Assembly (NCBI GenBank): GCA_950097015.1
Contig: CATNEN010000038.1
Location: 35,216,001-35,280,000 of the forward strand
Origin: Macrostomum hystrix
Taxonomy: Eukaryota > Animalia > Platyhelminthes
DNA: 64,000 bases
Direction: 5' to 3'
This document shows positions 53,092 to 64,000 of this stretch, one piece after another. Each line of letters opens with the position of its first letter. Position 1 is the first letter of the stretch. Position numbers and translations under genes: made by a program. The notes beneath the pieces were generated by a model. It ran no database searches and was not told the DNA's origin. It worked only from the letters and a program-made list of their open reading frames with translations.

Positions 53092-53862
53092 ATGCAGCAG
53101 GCACCAAGACAAGCGTTCTCTCTCCAAGCAGCTGCAGGAGGCGGCTATCAGTTCCTTAGTGCTCACACCGCAGACCTATCTGGGAATGCTACAGTGGAAA
53201 AGCAGAGCATTAGCTGTCTGGAGACGCTAACCCTGGACAAACTGGCCGCTGTGCCGCCTCAGGTGCAGAAACAGATGATTGCTGATCGACTGTACCCGCT
53301 AGTTAAAGATGTGCACTCTCACCTGGCTGGCAAGATCACTGGCATGTTGCTTGCCAATCTAGACAATGTCGAACTGTTGAACATACTCGAGTCTCACGAG
53401 GCACTGAAGACCAAGGTGAGAACAAAAAAATTGAGCTTTTATTAGTCATAAGTTGCTCATATAAAAAATTTGTGGCAGAACAAGATTGCTTAAAAATTTT
53501 ACGGAAGATTAAAGTAAGGCTATTATTTTAATATACTAATTTCATGGAGATTAATGACATGACGATAAAATGTTTAGAGCTTTCATTAAAGCACAATTCG
53601 AAAGTTACGAAACGTCTGGCGCAATTACATATTTGATTACCAAATGAATCTTGTTTAAAAGTTAGTCTATTTCTGTGGCTTATTTTAACGGCTTGCGATT
53701 GAGTTTTCTGGACAATCATTATTTTCCAATTAGCAATACGTATCACTGTTTTCAAAAGTTAATTGTAAAAATCGTGTCAAAACAATAAATATTCAACATA
53801 ATTTTCATGTGCAGGTAAATGAAGCTGAAAATCTGTTGCGCAAAAAAACAAAAAATCAGTGA
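53092..53862 (+). CDS. MLLE/PABC-domain protein (poly(A)-binding protein C-terminal domain), ~123 aa from the first Met; no RRM exons seen
   Basis: Exon 53092-53415 ([49 protein letters not shown]|GTGAGA) + exon 53815-53862 ([15 protein letters not shown]), completing the PABC KVxEA helix. An upstream acceptor at 53056 means more 5' exons are possible. Confidence 0.8.
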
Positions 53863-54984
53863 GCCAATTGAGTTCGGATGGCATGTATAATTAATGACTC
53901 CAATTGATGAATTTCCTTATCAAGAAACTTTTTTCAAAAAAAAGTTGCATATCTTGCGAATGTTGATATTGAAAGCATAGCCTTATTTCACATCTAGGCC
54001 ATAACTTATTATACTCGTGCAGATGAACCAGATTTGTTTATCTGTCTGTTGACCTATACTTTTCGCGCTAATGTAAATATTATTGACCCTGGTTTTGGCA
54101 ACTTTCTCTGGTTCAAAGGTTTATATTGGTCTATTAATGCTTTTTATTTAGCAGTTTTTCTGTATAGTTTGACGTACTTTGCCATTCTCGTTTTATATTT
54201 ATGTGTGAAACAAATGATGTTTTCCTTATATATTTCTAGCCAAAAATTTATTTGCTTTAGAACCACTGTAAGTAGGATCTTCTGCGCTTTCTTGGTACTT
54301 AGTTTACAGTGCTGTACCGCATGTAACCATGTGGGGTTACTTTCTCATTGTAATAAATTTTCACACTTATCTTTTTTCGGTTTTGTCTATGGTAAAATAG
54401 CTATAAAACGCGTTTGTGTCATTAAAATTTCGTAAGGAATCTAGAAAAATATGGGACACCTAAAGTATTATTCAAGATGTGACAAATGCTACATATTATA
54501 ATAGTATGATACAGGTTGGCAGTAACTATCACCTGTCAGACGAAAGCGAAGAACTATTTATTCCATATGAAATTATGAATAGTGCTGCAAGCAGTATTTT
54601 TATTTTGCTTCCCTCAAAGCAAAATCACAAGTCGAAAAAGATTAGTCATGTATTGCAAACTCTTTTCTTCGTTCTTAATACCAGCCTGTCGCTAAAAAAT
54701 AAAAACATACATTTACTGCTCCATCATTATACCTTTTTCTTCTGCTAGAATTTCTAGTAGGACTGATGTGTCCAGGGCGATGATTAGAATGCATTTTTGG
54801 ATGAAGAAAATTGATAAAAAAATCACAACGAGAGAAATTAATCCCAGAAGATAACTCACTCCCAGTCATTTCTAATATCAATTCTATCGGATATTCTTCC
54901 ATTAGAATGATGAGTTTTTCTCGACTTGAAAAAAGCACGAATTCATTTAGAAACGTTCAATTACGAAGTATTCGTCGAAGCAGT

Positions 54985-56570
54985 TGATGCCCCGTCCTCA
55001 AAGTCCATAGTGACGCCCCCTCCTCAAAGTCCATGGTGACGCCCCCTCCTCAAAGTCCATGGTGACGCCCCCTCCTCAAAGTCCATGGTGACGCCCCCTC
55101 CTCAAAGTCCATGGTGACGCCCCCTCCTCAAAGTCCATGGTGACGCCCCCTCCTCAAAGTCCATGGTGACGCCCCCTCCTCAAAGTCCATGGTGACGCCC
55201 CCTCCTCAAAGTCCATGGTGACGCCCCCTCCTCAAAGTCCATGGTGACGCCCCCTCCTCAAAGTCCATGGTGACGCCCCCTCCTCAAAGTCCATGGTGAC
55301 GCCCCCTCCTCAAAGTCCATGGTGACGCCCCCTCCTCAAAGTCTATGGTGATGCCAGCTCCTCAAAGTCCATGGTGACGCCCCCTCCTCAAAATCCATGG
55401 TGATGCCCCCTCCTCAAAGTCCATGGTGACGCCCCCTCCTCAAAGTCCATGGTGACGCCCCCTCCTCAAAGTCCATGGTGACGCCCCCTCCTCAAAGTCC
55501 ATGGTGACGCCCCCTCCTCAAAGTCTATGGTGATGCCAGCTCCTCAAAATCCATGGTGACGCCCCCTCCTCAAAGTCCATGGTGATGCCAGCTCCTCAAA
55601 ATCCATGGTGACGCCCCCTCCTCAAAGTCCATGGTGATGCCAGCTCCTCAAAATCCATGGTGATGCCCCCTCCTCAAAGTCCATGGTGATGCCAGCTCCT
55701 CAAAATCCATGGTGACGCCCCCTCCTCAAAGTCCATGGTGATGCCAGCTCCTCAAAATCCATGGTGATGCCCCCTCCTCAAAGTCCATGGTGACGCCAGC
55801 TCCTCAAAGTCCATGGTGACGCCCCCTCCTCAAAATCCATGGTGATGCCCCCTCCTCAAAGTCCATGGTGACGCCCCCTCCTCAAAGTCCATGGTGACGC
55901 CCCCTCCTCAAAGTCCATGGTGACGCCCCCTCCTCAAAGTCCATGGTGATGCCCCCTCCTCAAAGTCCATGGTGACGCCCCCTCCTCAAAGTCCATGGTG
56001 ACGCCCCCTCCTCAAAGTCCATGGTGACGCCCCCTCCTCAAAGTCCATGGTGACGCCCCCTCCTCAAAGTCTATGGTGATGCCAGCTCCTCAAAATCCAT
56101 GGTGACGCCCCCTCCTCAAAGTCCATGGTGATGCCAGCTCCTCAAAATCCATGGTGACGCCCCCTCCTCAAAGTCCATGGTGATGCCAGCTCCTCAAAAT
56201 CCATGGTGATGCCCCCTCCTCAAAGTCCATGGTGATGCCAGCTCCTCAAAATCCATGGTGACGCCCCCTCCTCAAAGTCCATGGTGATGCCAGCTCCTCA
56301 AAATCCATGGTGACGCCCCCTCCTCAAAGTCCATGGTGATGCCCCCTCCTCAAAGTCCATGGTGATGCCCCCTCCTCAAAGTCCATGGTGATGCCCCCTC
56401 CTCAAAGTCCATGGTGACGCCCCCTCCTCAAAGTCCATGGTGACGCCCCCTCCTCAAAGTCCATGGTGATGCCCCCTCCTCAAAGTCCATGGTGACGCCC
56501 CCTCCTCAAAGTCCATGGTGACGCCCCCTTTTCAAAGTCCATGGTGACGCCCCCACCCCAAAGTCCATGG
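54985..56570. repeat. 26-bp minisatellite (CCATGGTGACGCCCCCTCCTCAAAGT)n
   Basis: Direct periodicity. Confidence 0.96.
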
Positions 56571-57214
56571 GGATATTTAAGCTACGTACGACCTTGAGTA
56601 CTGTAAAACTTTTGTTTCATACTATGAGTTGCTATTTAAATTTGCGTGTGTCTGATTCCTTTTTATGAATATGATCTGAACAATCTAGCAAATCCTTTTT
56701 GTAGCTTTTTCTCACTTAGCTCAATCCACACAAGAAGTGATCGACATATTAACAATGCTTTTGATGCTCACGTTATAGCTTTATGTGCGTAAGCTCGCAT
56801 ATGGTTAATAGAAAGTTGCCTGATTTAGAATTGAACGTGTGTCTGTTCCTTGTGGAATCCACTCTGTCGTTAGACTCTGTGTCTGTGTTACAGGTTTGGC
56901 TCTAACTCGCGCACTCATTCGCGCAGAATATATGTTGACATATTGTGTAAAGGCAAGAGCTGGACCATAGACTTAAGAAATTTACTGTACGCTTCTATAC
57001 ATTCTTTAGTAGCATAGACTGTTAGTCGTTTTACAGCACACAATTGAGCGCTTTGCAACACTAGATATTATGTCTATGGCAAAACGCTAGTCTATGATCC
57101 AGCCCACCCCAAATTGAAAGGCTGGTCAAAAAATGGCCGGCCTAGTGCAAACTGGCGAAAAAATGGCCGCTTTAATTTTTTCATTTAACCATCGTTGTGC
57201 GCATTCTGATGCAT

Positions 57215-58555
57215 CCTAGCCAGCTAATTCTGGTCATTGCATCCAATCTAGCTTATTATGGACATAGCATGATAGCCAGCTCATTCTGGTCATTGCATCC
57301 AATCTAGCTTATTATGGACATAGCATGATAGCCAGCTCATTCTGGTCATTGCATCCAATCTAGCTTATTATGGCCATAGCATGAGAGCCAGCTCATTCTG
57401 GTCATTGCATCCAATCTAGCTTATTATGGCCATAGCATGATAGCCAGCTCATTCTGGTCATTGCATCCAGTCTAGCTTATTATGGCCATAGCATGATAGC
57501 CAGCTCATTCTGGTCATTGCATCCAGTCTAGCTTATTATGGCCATAGCATGATAGCCAGCTCATTCTGGTCATTGCATCCAATCTAGCTTATTATGGCCA
57601 TAGCATGATAGCCAGCTCATTCTGGTCATTGCATCCAATCTAGCTTATTATGGCCATAGCATGATAGCCAGCTCATTCTGGTCATTGCATCCAATCTAGC
57701 TTATTATGGCCATAGCATGATAGCCAGCTCATTCTGGTCATTGCATCCAGTCTAGCTTATTATGGCCATAGCATGATAGCCAGCTCATTCTGGTCATTGC
57801 ATCCAATCTAGCTTATTATGGCCATAGCATGATAGCCAGCTCATTCTGGTCATTGCATCCAATCTAGCTTATTATGGCCATAGCATGATAGCCAGCTCAT
57901 TCTGGTCATTGCATCCAATCTAGCTTATTATGGCCATAGCATGATAGCCAGCTCATTCTGGTCATTGCATCCAATCTAGCTTATTATGGCCATAGCATGA
58001 TAGCCAGCTCATTCTGGTCATTGCATCCAGTCTAGCTTATTATGGACATAGCATGATATCCAGCTCATTCTGGTCATTGCATCCAATCTAGCTTATTATG
58101 GCCATAGCATGATAGCCAGCTCATTCTGGTCATTGCATCCTATCTAGCTTATTATGGCCATAGCATGATAGCCAGCTCATTCTGGTCATTGCATCCTATC
58201 TAGCTTATTATGGCCATAGCATGATAGCCAGCTCATTCTGGTCATTGCATCCAATCTAGTCATTCTGGTCATTGCATCCAATCTAGTCATTCTGGTCATT
58301 GCATCCAATCTAGTCATTCTGGTCATTGCATCCAATCTAGTCATTCTGGTCATTGCATCCAATCTAGTCATTCTGGTCATTGCATCCAATCTAGTCATTC
58401 TGGTCATTGCATCCAATCTAGTCATTCTGGTCATTGCATCCAATCTAGTCATTCTGGTCATTGCATCCAATCTAGTCATTCTGGTCATTGCATCCAATCT
58501 AGCTTATTATGGCCATAGCATGATAGCCAGCTCATTCTGGTCATTGCATCCAATC
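57215..58555. repeat. 56-bp minisatellite with an embedded 27-bp derivative array (58240-58500)
   Basis: 56-bp unit TCTGGTCATTGCATCCAATCTAGCTTATTATGGCCATAGCATGATAGCCAGCTCAT collapses to TCTAGTCATTCTGGTCATTGCATCCAA. Confidence 0.95.
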
Positions 58556-58720
58556 TGTTCAGTCCATGAACTGGGGAGGCCGGCCGACTCACTTATCCAA
58601 ATTTCTTCCCCTATAGACACTGCGATCCATTTTACAGACGTGTGACCTGAATCAGTTGGAAATGAAGTGTCCTGCTCAATGAAAATCTCCTTCTTATTGA
58701 CTAAAATTCGAACTTCGGAA
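58555..58720 (-). mobile_element. Degenerate CORE-type SINE family C fragment
   Basis: CTGTTCAGTCCATGAACTGGGGA..CCATTTTACAG..AAGTGTCCTGCTCAA resembles 61001-61125. Confidence 0.55.
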
Positions 58721-59047
58721 CTCTCGTATATAGGATTTCTAAATGCCTAATACAATGGGTGATCTAATTCACCAAGGATCACTAGTGATTCATCTAATTC
58801 GAGTGTAAGCAGTAGTGTAATATTTTCATATTTAATCCTTGGAGCTTAGTATAACGATAGTTTGTAATAAATTAATTTTGAAAGATTTCTGAAAGCATGC
58901 AGGATCGAGTTCTCGGTTGATATACGAGTATATATAATTTGATAATATTACTTTGAACCTTCAGCTAAAATGAATAATAAATATGTCAGAGTCGTGGGCG
59001 ATTTCAGTCAGTTTCTGTTGCGGTCAGCGGCGGCAACAGTTGCTGCT

Positions 59048-59200
59048 CTACTTGCCACTGCGAAACCTTACACGCAGCCATCTGCTCAGCAGAAACTTCT
59101 TCTCAGCTTCGAAAGCCTTCGCCTCCGACGTCTCCTGGCTGGGTCTGGCGACTGCCAGAGCTGCCCAGATCAGGAGTCCGAGAACGAGCTGCCACTTCAT
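59048..59200 (-). CDS. 50-aa secreted prepropeptide; predicted mature amidated cationic 13-mer FLLSRWLRVRFRS-NH2 (antimicrobial/toxin-like)
   Basis: Manual translation MKWQLVLGLLIWAALAVA-RPSQETSEAKAFEAE-KK-FLLSRWLRVRFRS-GK*. ATCATG start context, no upstream ATG in the ~80-nt leader, TATATA about 100 bp upstream. Absent from the ORF track (<60 aa). Confidence 0.78.
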   Translation of the reverse strand: MKWQLVLGLLIWAALAVARPSQETSEAKAFEAEKKFLLSRWLRVRFRSGK

Positions 59201-59295
59201 GATGTAGCTGCTGCTGCTACTGCAGATGCTCGATGAAGCGGATGGTAGGAGCTGAGAGATTGGCTTGGATGTCTACTTGGCGCTCGGGGACCTGG

Positions 59296-59302
59296 TATAT
59301 AA
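59296..59302 (-). promoter_or_regulatory. Candidate TATA box of the 50-aa prepropeptide gene
   Basis: Minus strand GCTTATATACC in a non-AT-rich context, ~100 bp upstream of ATG 59200. Confidence 0.5.
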
Positions 59303-60973
59303 GCACTCCAACATGATAAGTGGGTCAATGTCAAATCAGGGATGCATGTGGCTTGTGTTCTGTGCCACTATCATTAAACCGTGTTCTCTTGATTATTTTC
59401 TCTCTCTATTTTCAACTGGCAAACTTTAAATTGTTCAGCTACGGTGAGTACGCTAACAAAACACGCAGTCCGGTTAGGGGCACTAAATTCAATGCGAGCT
59501 TTAATAAAGAACAGTCAAGAATAGCCGATGAAAAGAAACAGAAGAACTATCAAGGGGAATTTCCTCCCGCTTGACACTTTTTTCTGCTGCACCCGAACGG
59601 AACAACGCAAGTACGCGAAACTCAGGAACACGAACAAAATTTTGTTGTGCATCTTCTGAAACACGAATCAAGTCGCCAACTCTTCAGTCCGTCTAGGGGG
59701 AGGGGCCAGACAGTGGAGGCGGTGCACAAACTACCAAAGTCAAGCCACCAGCGCGCAGGGAGGGGTAGGGTTGTACGCGCTGGCCTGGTGGACGGCAAAG
59801 CTACGCAGACCTGATTGGCGGGAGGGGCAAAGTCACGCAGGGCTGGGGTAAAGGTTGGCAGACGATGACCGCGCCCAGCCAATCAGGTGGCGGTACAAGG
59901 CACACATAGCAGGGACAGGGGAGGGGGGTGAGAGAGGGCTAGGCCAAGGCTGAGCCAACTAAACCAACCTGAAACAATGGCCTTGGCGGGCAGTCGACAC
60001 TGCCCAACCGCCTAAGAAACAAAGACACTACACATGCGAACCGTAGCTTTTTGACAATAGCGTCACAATGTCAGACACTCACTGTTGACATGCATTATTC
60101 ATTCGTCGCTCTATAAGAATCCCAAAATTTGGATTCCATTGTATTTTTGTTTAAATAGATCGAGCAAGTTCTATTGAAAGCGCGCGTCGTCTCAGTCGCG
60201 ATCCCCGGATATGATTGTCTGGCTGAAGCTTCCCTGAATGCAGGCGAGGAATGCAAACAAGCCCCTTATTAGCAATTAATTGGAGCGCGTGAGACAGCAC
60301 TAACACGGCGGCTTGGAGTCGCCTCAAGCAAGCGCTGTGCTGTCCTAGAGCTTAGAGTGCAGACTCGACATCGCTTCGGCATCGATTCCAGCTGCCCTAG
60401 TCGATGAGAGAGAGAGTGTGTGTGGGAGGGACAGTCGGGAGAAATAGCAGTTCCAATTTCTGGGCCGTGTACGGTTAGACTCACAGTATACACAGACGGT
60501 AAGAAGTTGGCCCATCAAATTGAGCCAATCGTTCTTCGATGCGAATGTCCTGGAAACCGCCATGGGATTGGTTGCAGCCATGCAGGGATAAAAGTTATCA
60601 ACTGATCTCTAATCTCGCACCCCATCTGCTAAAAGTACGGGCAGCTGTGATTGGGAATCGTTTGAGCTGCTACACTAACTTGCTCTAGCCTATCGGTCAG
60701 TGAAATCTGATTGCGACTAATTACTCAGGTATGCATCCAATTGTTTGCTCAGCTGAATTGAATTGCTGTGTCTAATTTTCACCACGGGGTATTTCAAGTA
60801 AGTACCCACTGCCTACTTCACGACACCTTATGGATCAAGTTTTCCGCCCCTTGCGATAAACTAGCTCGTAGCTTTCAAAGCCATCCGACGTCAGCATCGA
60901 TGAGATATTCAGCGGTTCTTGTCGACGACCCTGGCGACAAGGACTATTTATTTTACATAGCCGATATACAATA

Positions 60974-61206
60974 GCCGCAGCCCATTGCGGCTGCGTACAG
61001 CTGTTCAGTCCATGGACTGGGGGGACGCCACACCCACCTTCAATTATCCCAGCTGATGCTGGTACCCATTTAACAGCTGGGTGAACTGAAGCAATGCAGA
61101 GTTAAGTGTCTTGCTAAAGGACACAAATTGTTCCAGTGGAGTCGGGAATCGAACCCCCCGACCTTCAAGTCGTTAGTCCGACGCCCTAACCACTAGGCTA
61201 CAGCGT
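60974..61206 (-). mobile_element. CORE-type tRNA-derived SINE family C
   Basis: Minus strand head TAGCCTAGTGG..GGTTCGATTCCC, then TGTGTCCTTTAGCAAGACACTTAAC..CTTCAGTT..CAGCTGTTAAATGGG, resembling the MIR/CORE domain. Confidence 0.85.
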
Positions 61207-61327
61207 CATAACTTAACTTAGCTGCGGGGGGCATCCTTCGGATGCAGCGGGGAGGCGTTGCCGCCCATTCCGCTAGCCCCTGGCGACCACGGGCAACTAA
61301 AGCTGCGGTGTCGCGCAGGGGGATCAA

Positions 61328-62400
61328 GGCTACAACCTTTCACAGGCTACAACCTCTCACAGGCTACAACCTCTCACAAGGCTACAACCTTTCACAGGCT
61401 ACAACCTCTCACAGGCTACAACCTCTCACAAGGCTACAACCTCTCACAAGGCTACAACCTCTCACAAGGCTACAACCTCTCACAGGCTACAACCTCTCAC
61501 AGGCTACAACCTCTCACAAGGCTACAACCTCTCACAGGCTACAACCTCTCACAAGGCTACAACCTCTCACAAGGCTACAACCTCTCACAAGGCTACAACC
61601 TCTCACAGGCTACAACCTCTCACAAGGCTACAACCTCTCACAAGGCTACAACCTCTCACAAGGCTACAACCTCTCACAGGCTACAACCTCTCACAGGCTA
61701 CAACCTCTCACAGGCTACAACCTCTCACAGGCTACAACCTCTCACAAGGCTACAACCTCTCACAAGGCTACAACCTCTCACAAGGCTACAACCTCTCACA
61801 AGGCTACAACCTCTCACAAGGCTACAACCTCTCACAAGGCTACAACCTCTCACAAGGCTACAACCTCTCACAAGGCTACAACCTCTCACAAGGCTACAAC
61901 CTCTCACAAGGCTACAACCTCTCACAAGGCTACAACCTCTCACAGGCTACAACCTCTCACAGGCTACAACCTCTCACAAGGCTACAACCTCTCACAGGCT
62001 ACAACCTCTCACAAGGCTACAACCTCTCACAAGGCTACAACCTCTCACAAGGCTACAACCTCTCACAGGCTACAACCTCTCACAAGGCTACAACCTCTCA
62101 CAAGGCTACAACCTCTCACAAGGCTACAACCTCTCACAGGCTACAACCTCTCACAGGCTACAACCTCTCACAGGCTACAACCTCTCACAGGCTACAACCT
62201 CTCACAAGGCTACAACCTCTCACAAGGCTACAACCTCTCACAAGGCTACAACCTCTCACAAGGCTACAACCTCTCACAAGGCTACAACCTCTCACAAGGC
62301 TACAACCTCTCACAAGGCTACAACCTCTCACATGGCTACAACCTCTCACAAGGCTACAACCTCTCACAAGGCTACAACCTCTCACAAGGCTACAACCTCT
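61328..62400. repeat. 17/18-bp minisatellite (GGCTACAACCTCTCACA[A])n
   Basis: Direct periodicity with a 1-bp length polymorphism. Confidence 0.96.
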
Positions 62401-62680
62401 AAAATATAAAATAAGTATAAAAAGAAACAATTTAATAAATAAAATACAATCAGCAAATACAGTCCACATGGTTACATGATGAAATTTTGTGAGCAGAACA
62501 ATTATGCCTACACTGGTGGCTTTTGCCCCCAGACATCCCGGCGAGAATCCTTGAATATCTCGACGATGCTCGACTTATATCTCGACTTTCGCGGCAAATG
62601 GTTGAATATTTTAGAAAATAGAGAAAAAACAAAGATATTGTTATTGGCCGTTAATTAAAAAAAAAAAAATTTTTTCAGGC

Positions 62681-63709
62681 ATGGATGGCAACTACAGTAC
62701 CAGCAGTCTGGGACCGCAGAACACCACAGATGCCACCGAGCTGGATGGCGTCGACCCTCCGTGGTTGAAGTTCGCCGACACATTCTTTCTCATTGTTGGC
62801 ATTTGCGCAGGCGTCTGCGGCAACCTGCTGACAATATTCTCAGTGACTCGCTTCAAACAACTCAAGTCGGCCACCAACTTCCTGGTCGTGAACATCGGCT
62901 TGGCCGACCTTCTTGTCAGCGCCTATTCGATCCCCACCATTCTGGCTAACAGGCTGGCTGAGAACAACATTTTCCACAACATCATTTGCGGCGTGAACGC
63001 CTACGCGCTTTTCACAGCCGCTGGCGTGTCGAACTTCAGCTTCACGCTAATCGCTGTTGCTAGGAACCTGTGTGTGCTGCAGCGAGCCATTTATCAGCGG
63101 CACTTCACAGATGCCAAGGTGCTGTGCTACTGTGCAGCTTGCTGGGTGATCTGGCTCAGTGTCAGCGGCCTGTTCTGGTCGCAAGGTGGCTTCGGCTACA
63201 TCCCGGAGGTGTTCATCTGCTTCTACTACGACAACGATTCGCCTTTCGCTTTGAGCTTCCTGCTCACTTTGCTGGGGGTGGCGGTGCCATCGCTGCTGGC
63301 GGCCGGTTGCTACATCTTTCTCTTCTTTCGACTGTTCCGCCTGAAAAGGGAGACATCGATTTCAATCTCTGGCGATGCTGGTGGAACAACCAGCGTCAGC
63401 AAGGAGTGGAAGGCCCTGGCCCCAGTGCTGACTGCCTACATTGTGTTCAACCTGTGCTGGGGACCGTACAGCATTCATGTTTACATTGACAAATTCGTGG
63501 CCCCAGTGGGCAGAATACCACACAAAGTGATCACATGGCTGGCCGTATTCAATTCTACGCTGAACCCAATTATCTACGGCCTGATGAACTCGCACTTCCG
63601 GCGATGCTACATGCGCCTTGTTCGCGCCGCTTTCGCTTACTGCGTATGCAAAAGATCCACAGCTATTGCGCCATTGGAGACAGGAGATTGCTCCACTGCA
63701 CGAAGCTGA
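62681..63709 (+). CDS. Intronless class A (rhodopsin-like) GPCR, melatonin-receptor/Tre1-like orphan, 342 aa
   Basis: 7 TM segments; GN (TM1), LADL (TM2), TM3/ECL2 Cys pair, CWGPY (TM6), NSTLNPIIYG..N..FR (TM7/H8), N-terminal glycosylation sequons. DRY position reads ARN; no opsin Lys296. Confidence 0.92.
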   Translation: MDGNYSTSSLGPQNTTDATELDGVDPPWLKFADTFFLIVGICAGVCGNLLTIFSVTRFKQLKSATNFLVVNIGLADLLVSAYSIPTILANRLAENNIFHNIICGVNAYALFTAAGVSNFSFTLIAVARNLCVLQRAIYQRHFTDAKVLCYCAACWVIWLSVSGLFWSQGGFGYIPEVFICFYYDNDSPFALSFLLTLLGVAVPSLLAAGCYIFLFFRLFRLKRETSISISGDAGGTTSVSKEWKALAPVLTAYIVFNLCWGPYSIHVYIDKFVAPVGRIPHKVITWLAVFNSTLNPIIYGLMNSHFRRCYMRLVRAAFAYCVCKRSTAIAPLETGDCSTARS

Positions 63710-63719
63710 GCTGGTCGTT

Positions 63720-64000
63720 CCTGAACTCATCGTCTCATCATTTCTCAGTCCCTGAGCTCATTGTCTCTGAACTCATCGTCCCTGAACTCATTGTCCCTGA
63801 ACTCATTGTCCCTGAACTCATTGTCCTTAAACTCATTGTCCTTAAACTCATTGTCCTTAAACTCATTGTCCTTAAACTTATCGTCCCTGAACTCATTGTC
63901 CCTGAACTCATTGTCCCTGAACTCATTGTCCCTGAACTCATTGTCCCTGAACTCATTGTCCCTGAACTCATTGTCCCTGAACTCATTGTCCCTGAACTCA
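63720..64000. repeat. 15-bp minisatellite (CCTGAACTCATTGTC)n starting just after the GPCR stop
   Basis: Direct periodicity; runs off the window end. Confidence 0.95.

Noticed and set aside
54034-54435. 133-aa hydrophobic ORF
   Set aside because: T-rich low-complexity DNA, non-ATG start, composition unlike real exons here.
61135-61206. tRNA gene
   Set aside because: A/B boxes present but it runs into a CORE-like SINE body with no intact acceptor stem; it is a SINE head.
62681-63709. Second opsin
   Set aside because: No Lys at the retinal-binding position in TM7 (LAVFNS).

Overview
Eukaryotic (metazoan) genomic DNA with GT-AG introns. Gene style and the extreme minisatellite load suggest a lophotrochozoan, plausibly a Macrostomum-like flatworm (inference). 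About 45% of the window (my rough sum, ~28 kb) is tandem repeat, and the long repetitive ORFs in the track are artefacts of these arrays. Hand-built gene models: a 5'-incomplete class C GPCR (mGluR/mXR-like, +, 3942-12935), a rhabdomeric opsin (-, 14615-17966), an i-type lysozyme (-, 20416-22758), an RFamide neuropeptide precursor (-, 25448-25843), a small 2-TM orphan (+, 33821-34692), a DHHC palmitoyltransferase (-, 43141-49141), a stand-alone MLLE/PABC-domain protein (+, 53092-53862) and an intronless class A GPCR (+, 62681-63709). Mobile DNA: three tRNA-derived SINE families and a decayed Tc1/mariner. The top finding is a 50-codon gene below the ORF-track cut-off (-, 59048-59200). It encodes signal peptide + acidic spacer + KK + FLLSRWLRVRFRS + GK-stop, the layout of a temporin-like amidated cationic antimicrobial/toxin peptide precursor. 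Also notable: intronic satellites built from AG|GT splice-site-like units, inverted SINEs bracketing a large receptor exon, and loss of the glutamate-binding Lys in the class C GPCR.
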